NCBI GenBank assembly: GCA_049516355.1
Contig: JBEKTF010000004.1
Coordinates: 1,931 to 65,930 of the forward strand
Length of the DNA: 64,000 bases
From: Bryobacteraceae bacterium
GTDB lineage: Bacteria > Acidobacteriota > Terriglobia > Bryobacterales > Bryobacteraceae
Direction of reading: 5' to 3'
The first letter of the stretch is position 1. Every line of letters starts with the position of its first letter. The notes under the pieces were generated by a model. The model did no database searches. It saw only the letters and a list, made by a program, of their open reading frames with translations, and was not told the origin of the DNA. The translations under genes were made by a program, and so were the position numbers. Positions 45,856-55,063 of this stretch are shown here, piece by piece.

Positions 45856-45900
45856 TGCCTTTCGGAAACGCTGGCCTTAGGCTGGAAGAAGGTGAACGAG

Positions 45901-46617
45901 ATGAGTACCGCCGCTGAAACGATCGTCCGGAAAATCGCGCTCGACAACCCCGCGAGCGTGCGCGTTTTTGAGTCGTTGGGAATCGATTATTGCTGCGGCG
46001 GGAACCTTCCTCTCAAGGATGCTTGCCTGCGAGCGAACGTATCGCCCGATACTGTATTGAAGCTGCTCGAAGATCTTGATGCCGCAAGACAGGGAACGCC
46101 GGATCAATGGATTGACGCGCCGTTCTCGGAGTTGACCGGGCATATTGTCAGCCGGCATCATGGTTATGTCCGAAGCGAAGGTCCGCGGCTGTTGGCGCTG
46201 ATCGAGAAAGTCACGAGCAAGCATGGCGCCGGGCATCCGGAACTCGCGGAGATCGGAGCCATTTTCGCGACGGTATTCCAAAAGCTCTCGATTCACATGC
46301 TGAAAGAGGAACAGGTATTGTTCCCCTTCCTGAATTCGATGGATGCCGCGCACCGAAGCGGGCAGCCTTTGCCGGCCGCGTTCTTCGGTTCGGTGCGAAA
46401 CCCGATTGCCAGTATGCTGACGGATCATAATGACGCGGGCGAGTCCCTTGCGGGGATATCGACTCTCTCGGTAGGCTATCGTACGCCTCCTGATGCGTGC
46501 CCCAGCTACACCGCGCTTTACTCGGGTTTGGGCGAATTCGAACGCGATCTCCACAGGCATGTCCACCTGGAGAACAACATTCTCTTTCCCCGTGCACTGG
46601 AGATGGAGCCGCAGTGA
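45901..46617 (+). CDS. ric: iron-sulfur cluster repair di-iron protein (RIC; ScdA/YtfE family)
   Basis: N-terminal ScdA_N motif VRVFESLGIDYCCGG. Hemerythrin-like His/Glu pattern (SRHH.., HLENNILFP). ATG 45901 is preceded by AGGTGA. Confidence 0.85.
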   Translation: MSTAAETIVRKIALDNPASVRVFESLGIDYCCGGNLPLKDACLRANVSPDTVLKLLEDLDAARQGTPDQWIDAPFSELTGHIVSRHHGYVRSEGPRLLALIEKVTSKHGAGHPELAEIGAIFATVFQKLSIHMLKEEQVLFPFLNSMDAAHRSGQPLPAAFFGSVRNPIASMLTDHNDAGESLAGISTLSVGYRTPPDACPSYTALYSGLGEFERDLHRHVHLENNILFPRALEMEPQ

Positions 46618-47864
46618 AAAGCTATTGGCGACGGATCGTCCCTTGCGCGATTATTCTCGCGAGTGTTCTGGCTCTGGCTTCAGCGTGGGCCGAACAACCG
46701 AAAGAACCGGACGATCCGGTGGCGAGGCTCCAAAAGCAACTGGACAAGGGCGAGACGACTCTGGAGTATCGTCCCGGCTGGGGATATCTGCCCAGCCTGC
46801 TCGAACATCTGGGCGTCAATATCGATTCGCAGGTTCTGGTGTTTTCGAAAACCAGCTTTCAGTCGGATTTGATCGGCCCGAAAGCGCCGCGGGCGCTCTA
46901 CTTTAATGACAGCGTGTACATCGGATACGTGCAAAAAGGGCCAGTGCTCGAGTTCATCGGCGTCGATCCGGCGCAGCATATCAACTTTTATACGCTCGAT
47001 GTAGAAAAAACGGACAAACCCCATTTCGATCGCCAGGATCGGAAATGCACGAATTGTCACGACGCCGGGGCGATTTCGAGGCTTGAGGTGCAGTCGACGA
47101 TTCCGGAAGCCGACGGCACGCCGTTCGTCGTGCTGGGCGGCGCTCAACCCACCGATACCGACGACCGTACTCCGATCGAGAAGCGCTGGGGCGGCTGGTA
47201 CGTAACCGGCACGCATGGCTCGCAGCACCATATGGGGAACGCGGTGGCGCCGGATCTCTTCCATCCCTTCGATCTGGAGACCAAAGATACGCAGAACATA
47301 ACGAGCCTGGCGGGAAAAATCGATACGAAGAATTACCTGGCTCCGACCAGCGACATCGTGGCGCTGATGACGCTCGAACATCAAACCCGAATGATTTATC
47401 TGATCACGAGCGTGAGCCGGTTATTCAATGCCGCTCTGGCCCCTAACGGTGGCGGGTTGAGCGGGAAGAATGCCGGTGCGCTGGATGCGGCAGTCGACGA
47501 AATGGTCACATATATGCTCTTCGCCGATGAGACTCCGCTGCTTGATCCGGTGAAGGGCGTGTCCCCATTTACGACGACATTTGCCAGTCGTGGGCCGCGC
47601 GACAAGCAGGGGCGTTCGCTGCGCGATTTCGATTTGAAAACGCGGATGTTCCGGTATCCGCTCTCCTACATGATTTACAGCGAGCTTTTCGATAACATGC
47701 CGGAGCCTGCGCGGGAGCGAGTTTATCGGCGGATTTACGATGTGCTGACCGGCAAAGATACGAGCCCGAAGTTTGCGCGACTCTCGGCCGAGGACCGCCA
47801 CGCCGCGCTGGAGATTGTACGGGAGACCAAAGCGAATTTGCCGGGTTACTGGAAAGGGTTGTAG
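46614..47864 (+). CDS. secreted conserved hypothetical protein with a single CxxCH motif
   Basis: GTG 46614 overlaps the ric stop (GTGA). Signal peptide VKSYWRRIVPCAIILASVLALASAWA. CTNCH. No named domain. Confidence 0.65.
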   Translation: MKSYWRRIVPCAIILASVLALASAWAEQPKEPDDPVARLQKQLDKGETTLEYRPGWGYLPSLLEHLGVNIDSQVLVFSKTSFQSDLIGPKAPRALYFNDSVYIGYVQKGPVLEFIGVDPAQHINFYTLDVEKTDKPHFDRQDRKCTNCHDAGAISRLEVQSTIPEADGTPFVVLGGAQPTDTDDRTPIEKRWGGWYVTGTHGSQHHMGNAVAPDLFHPFDLETKDTQNITSLAGKIDTKNYLAPTSDIVALMTLEHQTRMIYLITSVSRLFNAALAPNGGGLSGKNAGALDAAVDEMVTYMLFADETPLLDPVKGVSPFTTTFASRGPRDKQGRSLRDFDLKTRMFRYPLSYMIYSELFDNMPEPARERVYRRIYDVLTGKDTSPKFARLSAEDRHAALEIVRETKANLPGYWKGL

Positions 47865-47898
47865 ACCGCCACTGGAAGCGGTTATACACTAAGGGGCG

Positions 47899-48702
47899 AT
47901 GCATCGCAGAGACTTCTTCCGTTCGCTTTCCATTGCCACTGGCGTTGGTTTGACTGGGATGGGCTTGCCTGAGATTGGTTTGCCCGGAACAGAGCTGTCC
48001 GCGCAAAAGGTGGAATCCAGTCAGATCCCCGATCTGGTAGCCGCCGACCGGATTCTGGCGGCGCACGAAATCGTCGATGCCTACGGACACGTCAGTGTGC
48101 GGAGCGACCAGAATCCGCAGCATTTTTTCATGTCGCGCTCGCTTGCACCGGAACTGGTTACAGCGGACGACATCCTCGAATACGACCTCGACTGCAAGGT
48201 GATCGGGCCCTCGAAGGCCGCGGTGTTTCTGGAGCGGTTCATTCATGGCGAAGTCTATAAGGCGCGGCCGGATGTGAAAGCTGTAGTTCATTGCCACACA
48301 CCCTCGTTGATTCCGTTCGGCGCAACGGATGTGCCGCTGCGGCCGATGTTCGGTCTGGCGGGGTTTATCGCGGAGGGCGTGCCGGTTTTCGAGATTCGAA
48401 AGACCGCCGGTATGACCGACTTACTCATCAGCAATCAGGCGCGGGGCAAGGCGCTGGCCGAGACTCTGGGCAATAAACCGGCGGCGCTCCTGCGGGGCCA
48501 TGGCGCGGTTGTCACCGCGGTTTCGATACCGCTTGTCGTGGGGCGATGCGTCTATCTGGATATGAATGCAAAAGTGCAATATCAGGCGATGGCCATGAGC
48601 AAGACCGTTACCTATCTAACGCCGGAAGAAGGAAAGCAGTCGGTCGCGGACGATTACCGGCGGGCATGGGAACTGTGGCGGCGCAAAGCGATGGGGAATT
48701 AG
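47899..48702 (+). CDS. class II aldolase/adducin-family protein with twin-arginine leader
   Basis: MHRRDFFRSLSIATGVG leader. DAYGHVSVR and HCHTPSLIPF motifs of class II aldolases. Confidence 0.75.
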   Translation: MHRRDFFRSLSIATGVGLTGMGLPEIGLPGTELSAQKVESSQIPDLVAADRILAAHEIVDAYGHVSVRSDQNPQHFFMSRSLAPELVTADDILEYDLDCKVIGPSKAAVFLERFIHGEVYKARPDVKAVVHCHTPSLIPFGATDVPLRPMFGLAGFIAEGVPVFEIRKTAGMTDLLISNQARGKALAETLGNKPAALLRGHGAVVTAVSIPLVVGRCVYLDMNAKVQYQAMAMSKTVTYLTPEEGKQSVADDYRRAWELWRRKAMGN

Positions 48703-48760
48703 GTAAGACTTAACCCCATCCGGCCTGGACCGCAACCGGCATTCTCTGTATCATCGGACC

Positions 48761-49039
48761 ATGCCATGCCTGCTGACGCTTGTCGTCCTGATGTTTCCCC
48801 GGGTGATTCTCGTCCTGATGTGGCTGTTCTCCAACTATCTGGACCGCGCGTACCACGGCCTTGTAATCCCCCTTATCGGGTTCTTTTTTCTTCCGATTAC
48901 GACAATTGTCTACGCCTGGATGGTGAATTCCAGGTTACCAATCGCCGGTTTCAATCTGGTGATCCTGATTATCGCGGTGCTACTCGATGCCGCCTCCCAT
49001 GGGAGCGGCGCGGGCTATTACCGGCGACGGCGCGTCTAG
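48761..49039 (+). CDS. small integral membrane protein
   Basis: 92 aa with three hydrophobic segments and an RRRRV tail. Confidence 0.5.
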   Translation: MPCLLTLVVLMFPRVILVLMWLFSNYLDRAYHGLVIPLIGFFFLPITTIVYAWMVNSRLPIAGFNLVILIIAVLLDAASHGSGAGYYRRRRV

Positions 49040-49152
49040 GAGCCTGTCCGAGAAATCATTTTATGAGTCATATGTTGTGTGCCTACAAGACTCCTACTAC
49101 CAGTAATTGTGGTTATGACATGCCGATTTTGAATACTCGGACACGCTCCTAG
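49036..49152. repeat. 17-bp imperfect inverted repeat flanking an 83-bp AT-rich core
   Basis: CTAGGAGCCTGTCCGAG (49036-49052) versus CTCGGACACGCTCCTAG (49136-49152), 16/17 complementary. The core is far more AT-rich than its surroundings. Confidence 0.55.
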
Positions 49153-49164
49153 GCCGGCGCGGAT

Positions 49165-49962
49165 TTATTCCCGGCAAATTCCGCGATCGCTCCGGCGAAT
49201 GAATCGCACCAGGTGCAGTGTGTTCTCGTCGGCGAAATCCCGTTCGATCTTCGCGAGTGCATCTTCCAGCTTCAGGCCCGAACGATAGAGGATCTGGTAC
49301 GCCTTCTTCAGCCTTCCCACTTGCGCCAGCGTGAAGCCTGCGCGCTTCAGCCCGATGATATTCAGGCCCTTCGCTTCGACATCGAATCCCGAATAGAGGA
49401 AAAACGGCGGGACATCGAGATTTACGCGCGTGTTGCCGCCGATCATGGCAAGACGGCCGATCTTCGAGTATTGATGAATCACGACACCACCCGAAATAAA
49501 TGCCTGATCCTCCACCTCGACGTGTCCGGCCACTAACGCGCAGCTGGCGATCACCGTGTTATTCCCGATCGTGCAGTTATGCGCAATGTGGCCCGACGTC
49601 ATGATGTAATTGCCATCCCCGATCGCGGTGATGGACTCCGGCTGCGTGCCGCGCGAGATCGTATAGTGCTCGCGGATCTTGTTCCCGCTGCCGATTCGCA
49701 GATAGCTGCGCTCACCTTTGAAGTTCTTATCCAGCGGATCGGTCCCGAGCGCGGTACCGGCGGAAATCTCGTTGCGATCCCCCATCGTGGTCCAGCGCTT
49801 CACGAAGACGTAGGGCTCGAGCAGGCAATCTGTCCCGATTTCAACGTCCGGCTCGACGACGCAGAACTCCCCGACACGAGTCCGCTCGCCGATGATGGCA
49901 TCGGGGTGAATGCGGGCTGTGGAAGCGATAATCGCCGAGGGATCGACTGGCACGGATTTCAT
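49165..49962 (-). CDS. lpxA: acyl-ACP--UDP-N-acetylglucosamine O-acyltransferase
   Basis: Left-handed beta-helix hexapeptide repeats (IHPDAIIGERTRVGEFCVVEPDVEIGTDC) and a C-terminal helical domain. Start moved to ATG 49962. Confidence 0.85.
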   Translation of the reverse strand: MKSVPVDPSAIIASTARIHPDAIIGERTRVGEFCVVEPDVEIGTDCLLEPYVFVKRWTTMGDRNEISAGTALGTDPLDKNFKGERSYLRIGSGNKIREHYTISRGTQPESITAIGDGNYIMTSGHIAHNCTIGNNTVIASCALVAGHVEVEDQAFISGGVVIHQYSKIGRLAMIGGNTRVNLDVPPFFLYSGFDVEAKGLNIIGLKRAGFTLAQVGRLKKAYQILYRSGLKLEDALAKIERDFADENTLHLVRFIRRSDRGICRE

Positions 49963-50103
49963 GATAACGGCTTGGCTGGTATTGCTGAGCTGATTGCTGA
50001 TGAAAGTCCACAGCACTCACTCCGACCAGGCGGTGATCAATAGGACTCCATGGAGAGTCGCATAACTGCGAGAGTATTCGCTCGCGCGATGTTCCGGGCC
50101 TTG

Positions 50104-50697
50104 TCACGAGGCATCGCCAAGGAGCCTCCGGAACTCGGCAACCCGCATATCTTTCCACTCACGTTCGAACTTCTCGCGCCCCATGAAAGACCGGGTCAGC
50201 ATGCGGTCGATATAAAGGGTCCCGTGGAGATGATCGATCTCATGTTGCAGGATGCGGGCATACCATCCGCGCGCATGAATAGTCACGGGCTCAGCGCGTT
50301 CGTTCAGGCAATCGACACGAACCGCCAGCGCTCGCGGCACGATGGCTGTAAATCCGGGCAGACTCAGGCACCCCTCGAAGAACTCGACATTTTCCGGACC
50401 TTCGAGCGTGAGGCGCGGGTTCACAATCACATGGGGCGCAACGGCCGAACGAAGGCGCTCGACGGAATGTTCCGGCGGCAGCTTGTCGATAAATTCCTGC
50501 CGGTCTTCGATCACAGCCAGTTGCAGAGGCATGCCGATTTGCGGCGCCGCCAGACCCACGCCGGGTGCGGCGCGCATGGTTTCGAACATCGACGCAATCA
50601 GGTCCTGAATCGCCGGCGAGACAATTTCCTCGGGCGTCAGCGGACGGGAGGGCTGTCGAAGAACCATTTCTCCGGCCTGGCAAATCTCGCGGAGCAT
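50104..50697 (-). CDS. def: peptide deformylase
   Basis: All three motifs are present: GVGLAAPQIG, EGCLSLPG, QHEIDHL. Confidence 0.92.
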   Translation of the reverse strand: MLREICQAGEMVLRQPSRPLTPEEIVSPAIQDLIASMFETMRAAPGVGLAAPQIGMPLQLAVIEDRQEFIDKLPPEHSVERLRSAVAPHVIVNPRLTLEGPENVEFFEGCLSLPGFTAIVPRALAVRVDCLNERAEPVTIHARGWYARILQHEIDHLHGTLYIDRMLTRSFMGREKFEREWKDMRVAEFRRLLGDAS

Positions 50698-50712
50698 GGC
50701 GCGCGTCGCAGT

Positions 50713-52647
50713 CTATTGCCTGTCGGCCTTCACGAACGATGCCAGTGCAAGCAGCGGGAAATAGAGCCGGTAGTAATGATAGTTGAGGTAGAAAACTTTC
50801 GGGAAACCCGTGCCGGTGGCCAGGTCTTCGGACCACGTCCCATCGGCGGCCTGCGTTTCGATCAGGTACGCGATGCCATCCCGGACGGTCGAACTCGTCG
50901 TATCGCCGCCCGCCATGAGCCCCATGAGAGCCCACGCAGTCTGCGAGGGCGTGCTTTCCGCCCCGGTGAAAATATCGTTATCGTAACTGGCGCAACTCTC
51001 GCCCCAACCGCCATCCGAATTCTGCACCGAGCGCAGCCATTCATTGGCGCGCTGGATGTGAGGCTCGTGATCGTCCTCACCCATCGCGCGCAACCCGCGC
51101 AACGCAAAACAGGTTCCGTAAATGTACGCAACGCCCCATCGCCCGTACCAGCTTCCGTCCGCAAGCTGCGTCCGGATCAGGTAATCGATCGCGCGCCGGC
51201 ACGCCGGATGATTGCGGTCGTATCCGTTCGCCGCCAGCGCCTCAAGGGTGCGTCCCGTGATATCTGCACAGGTGGGATCGAGCATCGCGTTATGGTCCGC
51301 GAAAGGAACGTGCGTGAGGATTTCCCAGTTGTTATCGACGTCAAACGCCGCCCACCCGCCGTCCTTCGACTGCATCGCCAGCAACCACTCGAGCGCGCGC
51401 TTTCGCGTTGCCGATTGAGCCGCGGCCTGCTGCGCTTTCATGTGCGGGTATGCGAGCAGGACCATCGCAGTATCGTCGATATCCGGATACCAGTCATTCT
51501 GGAATTCAAACGCCCAACCGGAGGGTTCCGTATAAGGCCGCTTGACGGACCAGTCGCCCTTGCGCCGAATCTCGCGCGCCTGCAACCAGTCGGCGGCGCG
51601 GGACAGCGGGGCCTTTCCGCTCCAACCCGCCTCGCCCAGCGCATACGATGCGATCGCCGTGTCCCAGACCGGTGAGAAGCACGGCTGGAAGAAAAGCGTT
51701 TTCCCGTCGTCGACAATCAAGCTCTCGAACTGCCGTACCGCTTCCACGCGCACCGGAGAGTTTTCGGGATAGCCGAGAACATCGAGCGCCATGATCGAAT
51801 ACTGCATCGGAGGATAGATCGCGCCCAACCCATCGGCGTGTTTCATCCGTTCGAGCATCCAGTGCTCGCATTTGCGCAGCGCAGCCTCGCGGATGCGCGC
51901 GAATCCGTACCGGTCCCACAACTTGAGGATCTTGTCGGATTGGACGAATGTCTTGCGCCAGCTCAGCCACGAATCGTTGCTTTCAAAACTCGTGCTCTTG
52001 CCCGGAATAAAAAGCTCATCCAGATTGAATCCCGCCGGTACCGGCCGCTTCGGATCGTGCGCATGGACAATCGCCAGCGAGATCACGATCGCGCGCGTCC
52101 AGGACGACATCTGATACAGAAGCTTGCCCGGCAACAGCATGATCTCCGGCGGAATGCTGGGCGTTCCCTCGCGCGGATAGAGATCGAACAAGCTGAGGTT
52201 GACCTTGGTATAGCTGTTGGCCGCTTGTATGCCGCCGAGAGCGATAATGCGCTCGCGCAGCCTGGTCATCTCCTCGCCGTATACAGGTATGCCTGCCAGC
52301 TTCAATGCGAAGTAAGCCTTCACGGAGGCGCTGATCTCGCTCGGGCCTTTCACGTAGATGTTGAAGCCGCCGTCGGGCAACTGCTTCGAGAGAATTCGCG
52401 CCGCCGCCCGATCGATCCGGCCTCGGTCCGGTGGGTTCCAGATACCGGCATTTTCTCCAGCGGAGCCGGGCGGATGCATCCAGAGTTGTAACAGGATGTA
52501 ATCGGATTCAAGGGTGGTGTCTGCCGTCAGCAGCGCGCACCAGTAGCCATCCGGATGCTGCAATGAAAGAAGATGCTCAGCCGCTAACGTGATCTTCTGT
52601 TGTGCCGCAATGAGGAGCGCGTCTCTAACCTGGAGCGTTGGGCTCAT
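50713..52647 (-). CDS. shc: squalene-hopene cyclase
   Basis: DIDDTAMV (DxDD) catalytic motif. Multiple QW repeats (QHPDGYW, QLPDGGF, QSKDGGW, QLADGSWYGRWG, QNSDGGWGE). Confidence 0.92.
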   Translation of the reverse strand: MSPTLQVRDALLIAAQQKITLAAEHLLSLQHPDGYWCALLTADTTLESDYILLQLWMHPPGSAGENAGIWNPPDRGRIDRAAARILSKQLPDGGFNIYVKGPSEISASVKAYFALKLAGIPVYGEEMTRLRERIIALGGIQAANSYTKVNLSLFDLYPREGTPSIPPEIMLLPGKLLYQMSSWTRAIVISLAIVHAHDPKRPVPAGFNLDELFIPGKSTSFESNDSWLSWRKTFVQSDKILKLWDRYGFARIREAALRKCEHWMLERMKHADGLGAIYPPMQYSIMALDVLGYPENSPVRVEAVRQFESLIVDDGKTLFFQPCFSPVWDTAIASYALGEAGWSGKAPLSRAADWLQAREIRRKGDWSVKRPYTEPSGWAFEFQNDWYPDIDDTAMVLLAYPHMKAQQAAAQSATRKRALEWLLAMQSKDGGWAAFDVDNNWEILTHVPFADHNAMLDPTCADITGRTLEALAANGYDRNHPACRRAIDYLIRTQLADGSWYGRWGVAYIYGTCFALRGLRAMGEDDHEPHIQRANEWLRSVQNSDGGWGESCASYDNDIFTGAESTPSQTAWALMGLMAGGDTTSSTVRDGIAYLIETQAADGTWSEDLATGTGFPKVFYLNYHYYRLYFPLLALASFVKADRQ

Positions 52648-52657
52648 CTCTTGACGT

Positions 52658-53662
52658 CTAGCGCGGTGTAGCCGTGATGCCGTAAAGCTGTGAACTGGCG
52701 GCGCCCGCCAACTCCGGAGGCAGCGAAAAGCGCACGTCCTCCTCTACCATTTCCACTTCTTCCAGATCCCGGAAGCCTTTTTCGTTTAAAGCCGCCACAA
52801 TCTGCTCCACAAGGTGTTCCGGAGCCGATGCGCCGGCGGTAACCCCGATACTCCTGAGGCCTTCCAGCCACTCCGGCTGTACGTCGCTCCAATCGTTCAC
52901 CAGATACGCCTGAACGCCATAATTCTGGCCCACTTCGACCAGCCGCTTCGAGTTCGAACTGTTGGCCGAGCCCACTACCAGAATCAATTCGCAGAATTCC
53001 GAGACGCCCTTGACCGCCATCTGGCGGTTCTCCGTGGCATAACAGATGTCCTGCGATTTTGGTCCCCGAATCATCGGAAATCTTTCTTCGAGACGCGCCA
53101 CGATATCTTTGGTTTCATCCAGGCTCAAAGTGGTCTGGGTCAGGTAGGCGACACGCGTAGGGTCGTCGATTTTAAGAGCGTCCACGTCCGCAACCGACTC
53201 CACAAGAATCATCTTGGTCGGCGCTTCGCCCAGTGTTCCAATCACTTCATCGTGGTTCTTGTGTCCAATCAGGACGATCGTATATCCCTCGCGCGCAAAC
53301 TTCACCGCCTCCAGATGGACCTTGGTCACCAGCGGACACGTGGCATCGATAACGGCAAGATTCCGTTCTTTGCCCTGGCGGCGAACCTCGGGCGAAACCC
53401 CATGGGCGCTGAAGATAGCGCGCGCGCCGGAGGGCACCTCTTCCAGTTCCTCCACGAAGATCGCACCCATCCCACGCAGTTCATCCACCACATGCTTGTT
53501 ATGGACGATCTCCTTGCGCACATACACCGGGGGCCCATAGAGATTCAGGGCAATCTTCACCACATCGATCGCACGCACGACGCCGGCGCAAAAACCGCGC
53601 GGTTTCAGCAGATAAATCTTCTTTTCTCCACGAGCATTCGCCGTGATTGGTTTAAGTGGCAT
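52658..53662 (-). CDS. ispH: 4-hydroxy-3-methylbut-2-enyl diphosphate reductase
   Basis: GFCAGVVRAIDVV, CPLVTKVH and SSNSKRL motifs of IspH/LytB. Confidence 0.9.
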   Translation of the reverse strand: MPLKPITANARGEKKIYLLKPRGFCAGVVRAIDVVKIALNLYGPPVYVRKEIVHNKHVVDELRGMGAIFVEELEEVPSGARAIFSAHGVSPEVRRQGKERNLAVIDATCPLVTKVHLEAVKFAREGYTIVLIGHKNHDEVIGTLGEAPTKMILVESVADVDALKIDDPTRVAYLTQTTLSLDETKDIVARLEERFPMIRGPKSQDICYATENRQMAVKGVSEFCELILVVGSANSSNSKRLVEVGQNYGVQAYLVNDWSDVQPEWLEGLRSIGVTAGASAPEHLVEQIVAALNEKGFRDLEEVEMVEEDVRFSLPPELAGAASSQLYGITATPR

Positions 53663-53726
53663 AACGATTTTCGCGAGATATCCGAGTATATCATCTGGGG
53701 AGGGCTACAGCCCTTGCGAGGGGATC

Positions 53727-54734
53727 GTGCAAGCATGGCGCTATGACGGGGGATTCGGACCGGAAAACCTTAAGATTGTTGAACTTCCAGAGCCATCGCC
53801 GGGGCCCGGCCAGGCTCTGGTCCGGGTGCGCGCCTGTTCGATTAATTACCGCGATCTGGCGGTGATGCGGGGCGCATACGGATCGGGCGTAAAAGCCCCG
53901 CTGATACCGCTGTCTGATGGAGCCGGAGAGGTGACAGCCATCGGACCGGGAGTCACACGCGTGAAGCCGGGTGACCGCGTAGCAGCGATCTTCATGCAGG
54001 ATTGGATCGAAGGGCCGCCCGACGACCGGAAAGCGAATTCCGCGCTCGGCGGATCCATCGACGGCATGATGGCCCGGCAAGTGTGTCTCAACGCTGAAGG
54101 TCTGGTCCACTTTCCGGAGCATCTTTCGTTCGAGGAGGCAGCGGCTCTACCTTGCGCGGGGGTCACTGCCTGGCATGCGCTGTTTCGTTCCGGCGGCATC
54201 AAACCCGGCGAGTCGGTCCTGCTCCAGGGAACCGGCGGGGTTTCGATATTCGCCCTGCAGTTCGCAAAGATGGCCGGCGCGCGCGTGATTGCGACTTCCA
54301 GCAGCGACGCTAAACTCCAGCGATTGCGCCTCATGGCAGCCGACGCCGTAATCAACTACAAAACCACGCCGGAGTGGGATAAGCCGGTTCGGAATCTCAC
54401 TGATGGCGCAGGAGTCGATCACGTGGTCGAAGTCGGCGGCGCGGGAACACTACCACTATCGAGCAAAGCGGTGCGGCGCGGCGGCCATATCGCTCTGATC
54501 GGGGTGTTGGCCGGCCGCGGCGAGTTCGATCCGCGTCTCATGATGATCAAAGGAGTGCGTCTGCAGGGAATCTATGTCGGTTCGCGCGAGATGTTCGAAG
54601 AGATGAACAACGCGATTTCGCTCGCCGGAATCCGGCCTGTCGTTGACCGCGTGTTTGAATTCGGGCAATTGCACGAGGCACTGCAATATATGGAGAGCGG
54701 CGCGCACTTCGGCAAAATTTGTCTGCGCGTTTGA
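53727..54734 (+). CDS. NAD(P)H-dependent medium-chain dehydrogenase/reductase (quinone oxidoreductase-like)
   Basis: VQAWRYDG.. start (GTG 53727). SINYRD. Nucleotide-binding LLQGTGGVSIFALQFAK. Confidence 0.8.
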   Translation: MQAWRYDGGFGPENLKIVELPEPSPGPGQALVRVRACSINYRDLAVMRGAYGSGVKAPLIPLSDGAGEVTAIGPGVTRVKPGDRVAAIFMQDWIEGPPDDRKANSALGGSIDGMMARQVCLNAEGLVHFPEHLSFEEAAALPCAGVTAWHALFRSGGIKPGESVLLQGTGGVSIFALQFAKMAGARVIATSSSDAKLQRLRLMAADAVINYKTTPEWDKPVRNLTDGAGVDHVVEVGGAGTLPLSSKAVRRGGHIALIGVLAGRGEFDPRLMMIKGVRLQGIYVGSREMFEEMNNAISLAGIRPVVDRVFEFGQLHEALQYMESGAHFGKICLRV

Positions 54735-55063
54735 TGAAACCCTGGCCCTCGATAGCTCGCTCGAGAAACTGCCGCGCCTCGGAACCAAAGCCTATATCTC
54801 CAATGAACTCCCTGGACCAGAAACGGGAAAAACAAGCGGCGCACGCTTTTCACTGGCAAGACGCACACCGGATTCAAACCGGAGAGTCATGAGAGCGACA
54901 TCGCGTCCGGTGAGGTGAATCATCCGCCGCATCAGCACCTGCGCTGGGGCCTCGGGGACGGCATACTCCCCGGAAGATGCCTTCCCGAAGGAGGCTTCGG
55001 GCGTCCGCAATGGACAAAGCCGTGGCGCCGATACTGAAGCTCCGATCGTTTGGACAGGCGAAA

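Noticed and set aside
49067-49152. 29-codon Cys/Thr/Ser-containing ORF inside the AT-rich insert, considered as a RiPP precursor or small toxin.
   Set aside because: There is no Shine-Dalgarno sequence, no neighbouring modification, transport or immunity genes, and its composition matches non-coding AT-rich DNA.
54735-55063. Possible decayed minus-strand gene between the dehydrogenase and the secreted hypothetical gene. Fragments such as MIHLTGRDVALMTLRFESGVRLASEKRA and WSREFIGDIGFGSEARQFLERAIEGQGF occur in different frames.
   Set aside because: I could not recognise a family, and the pieces are in three frames. The evidence is insufficient to call a pseudogene.
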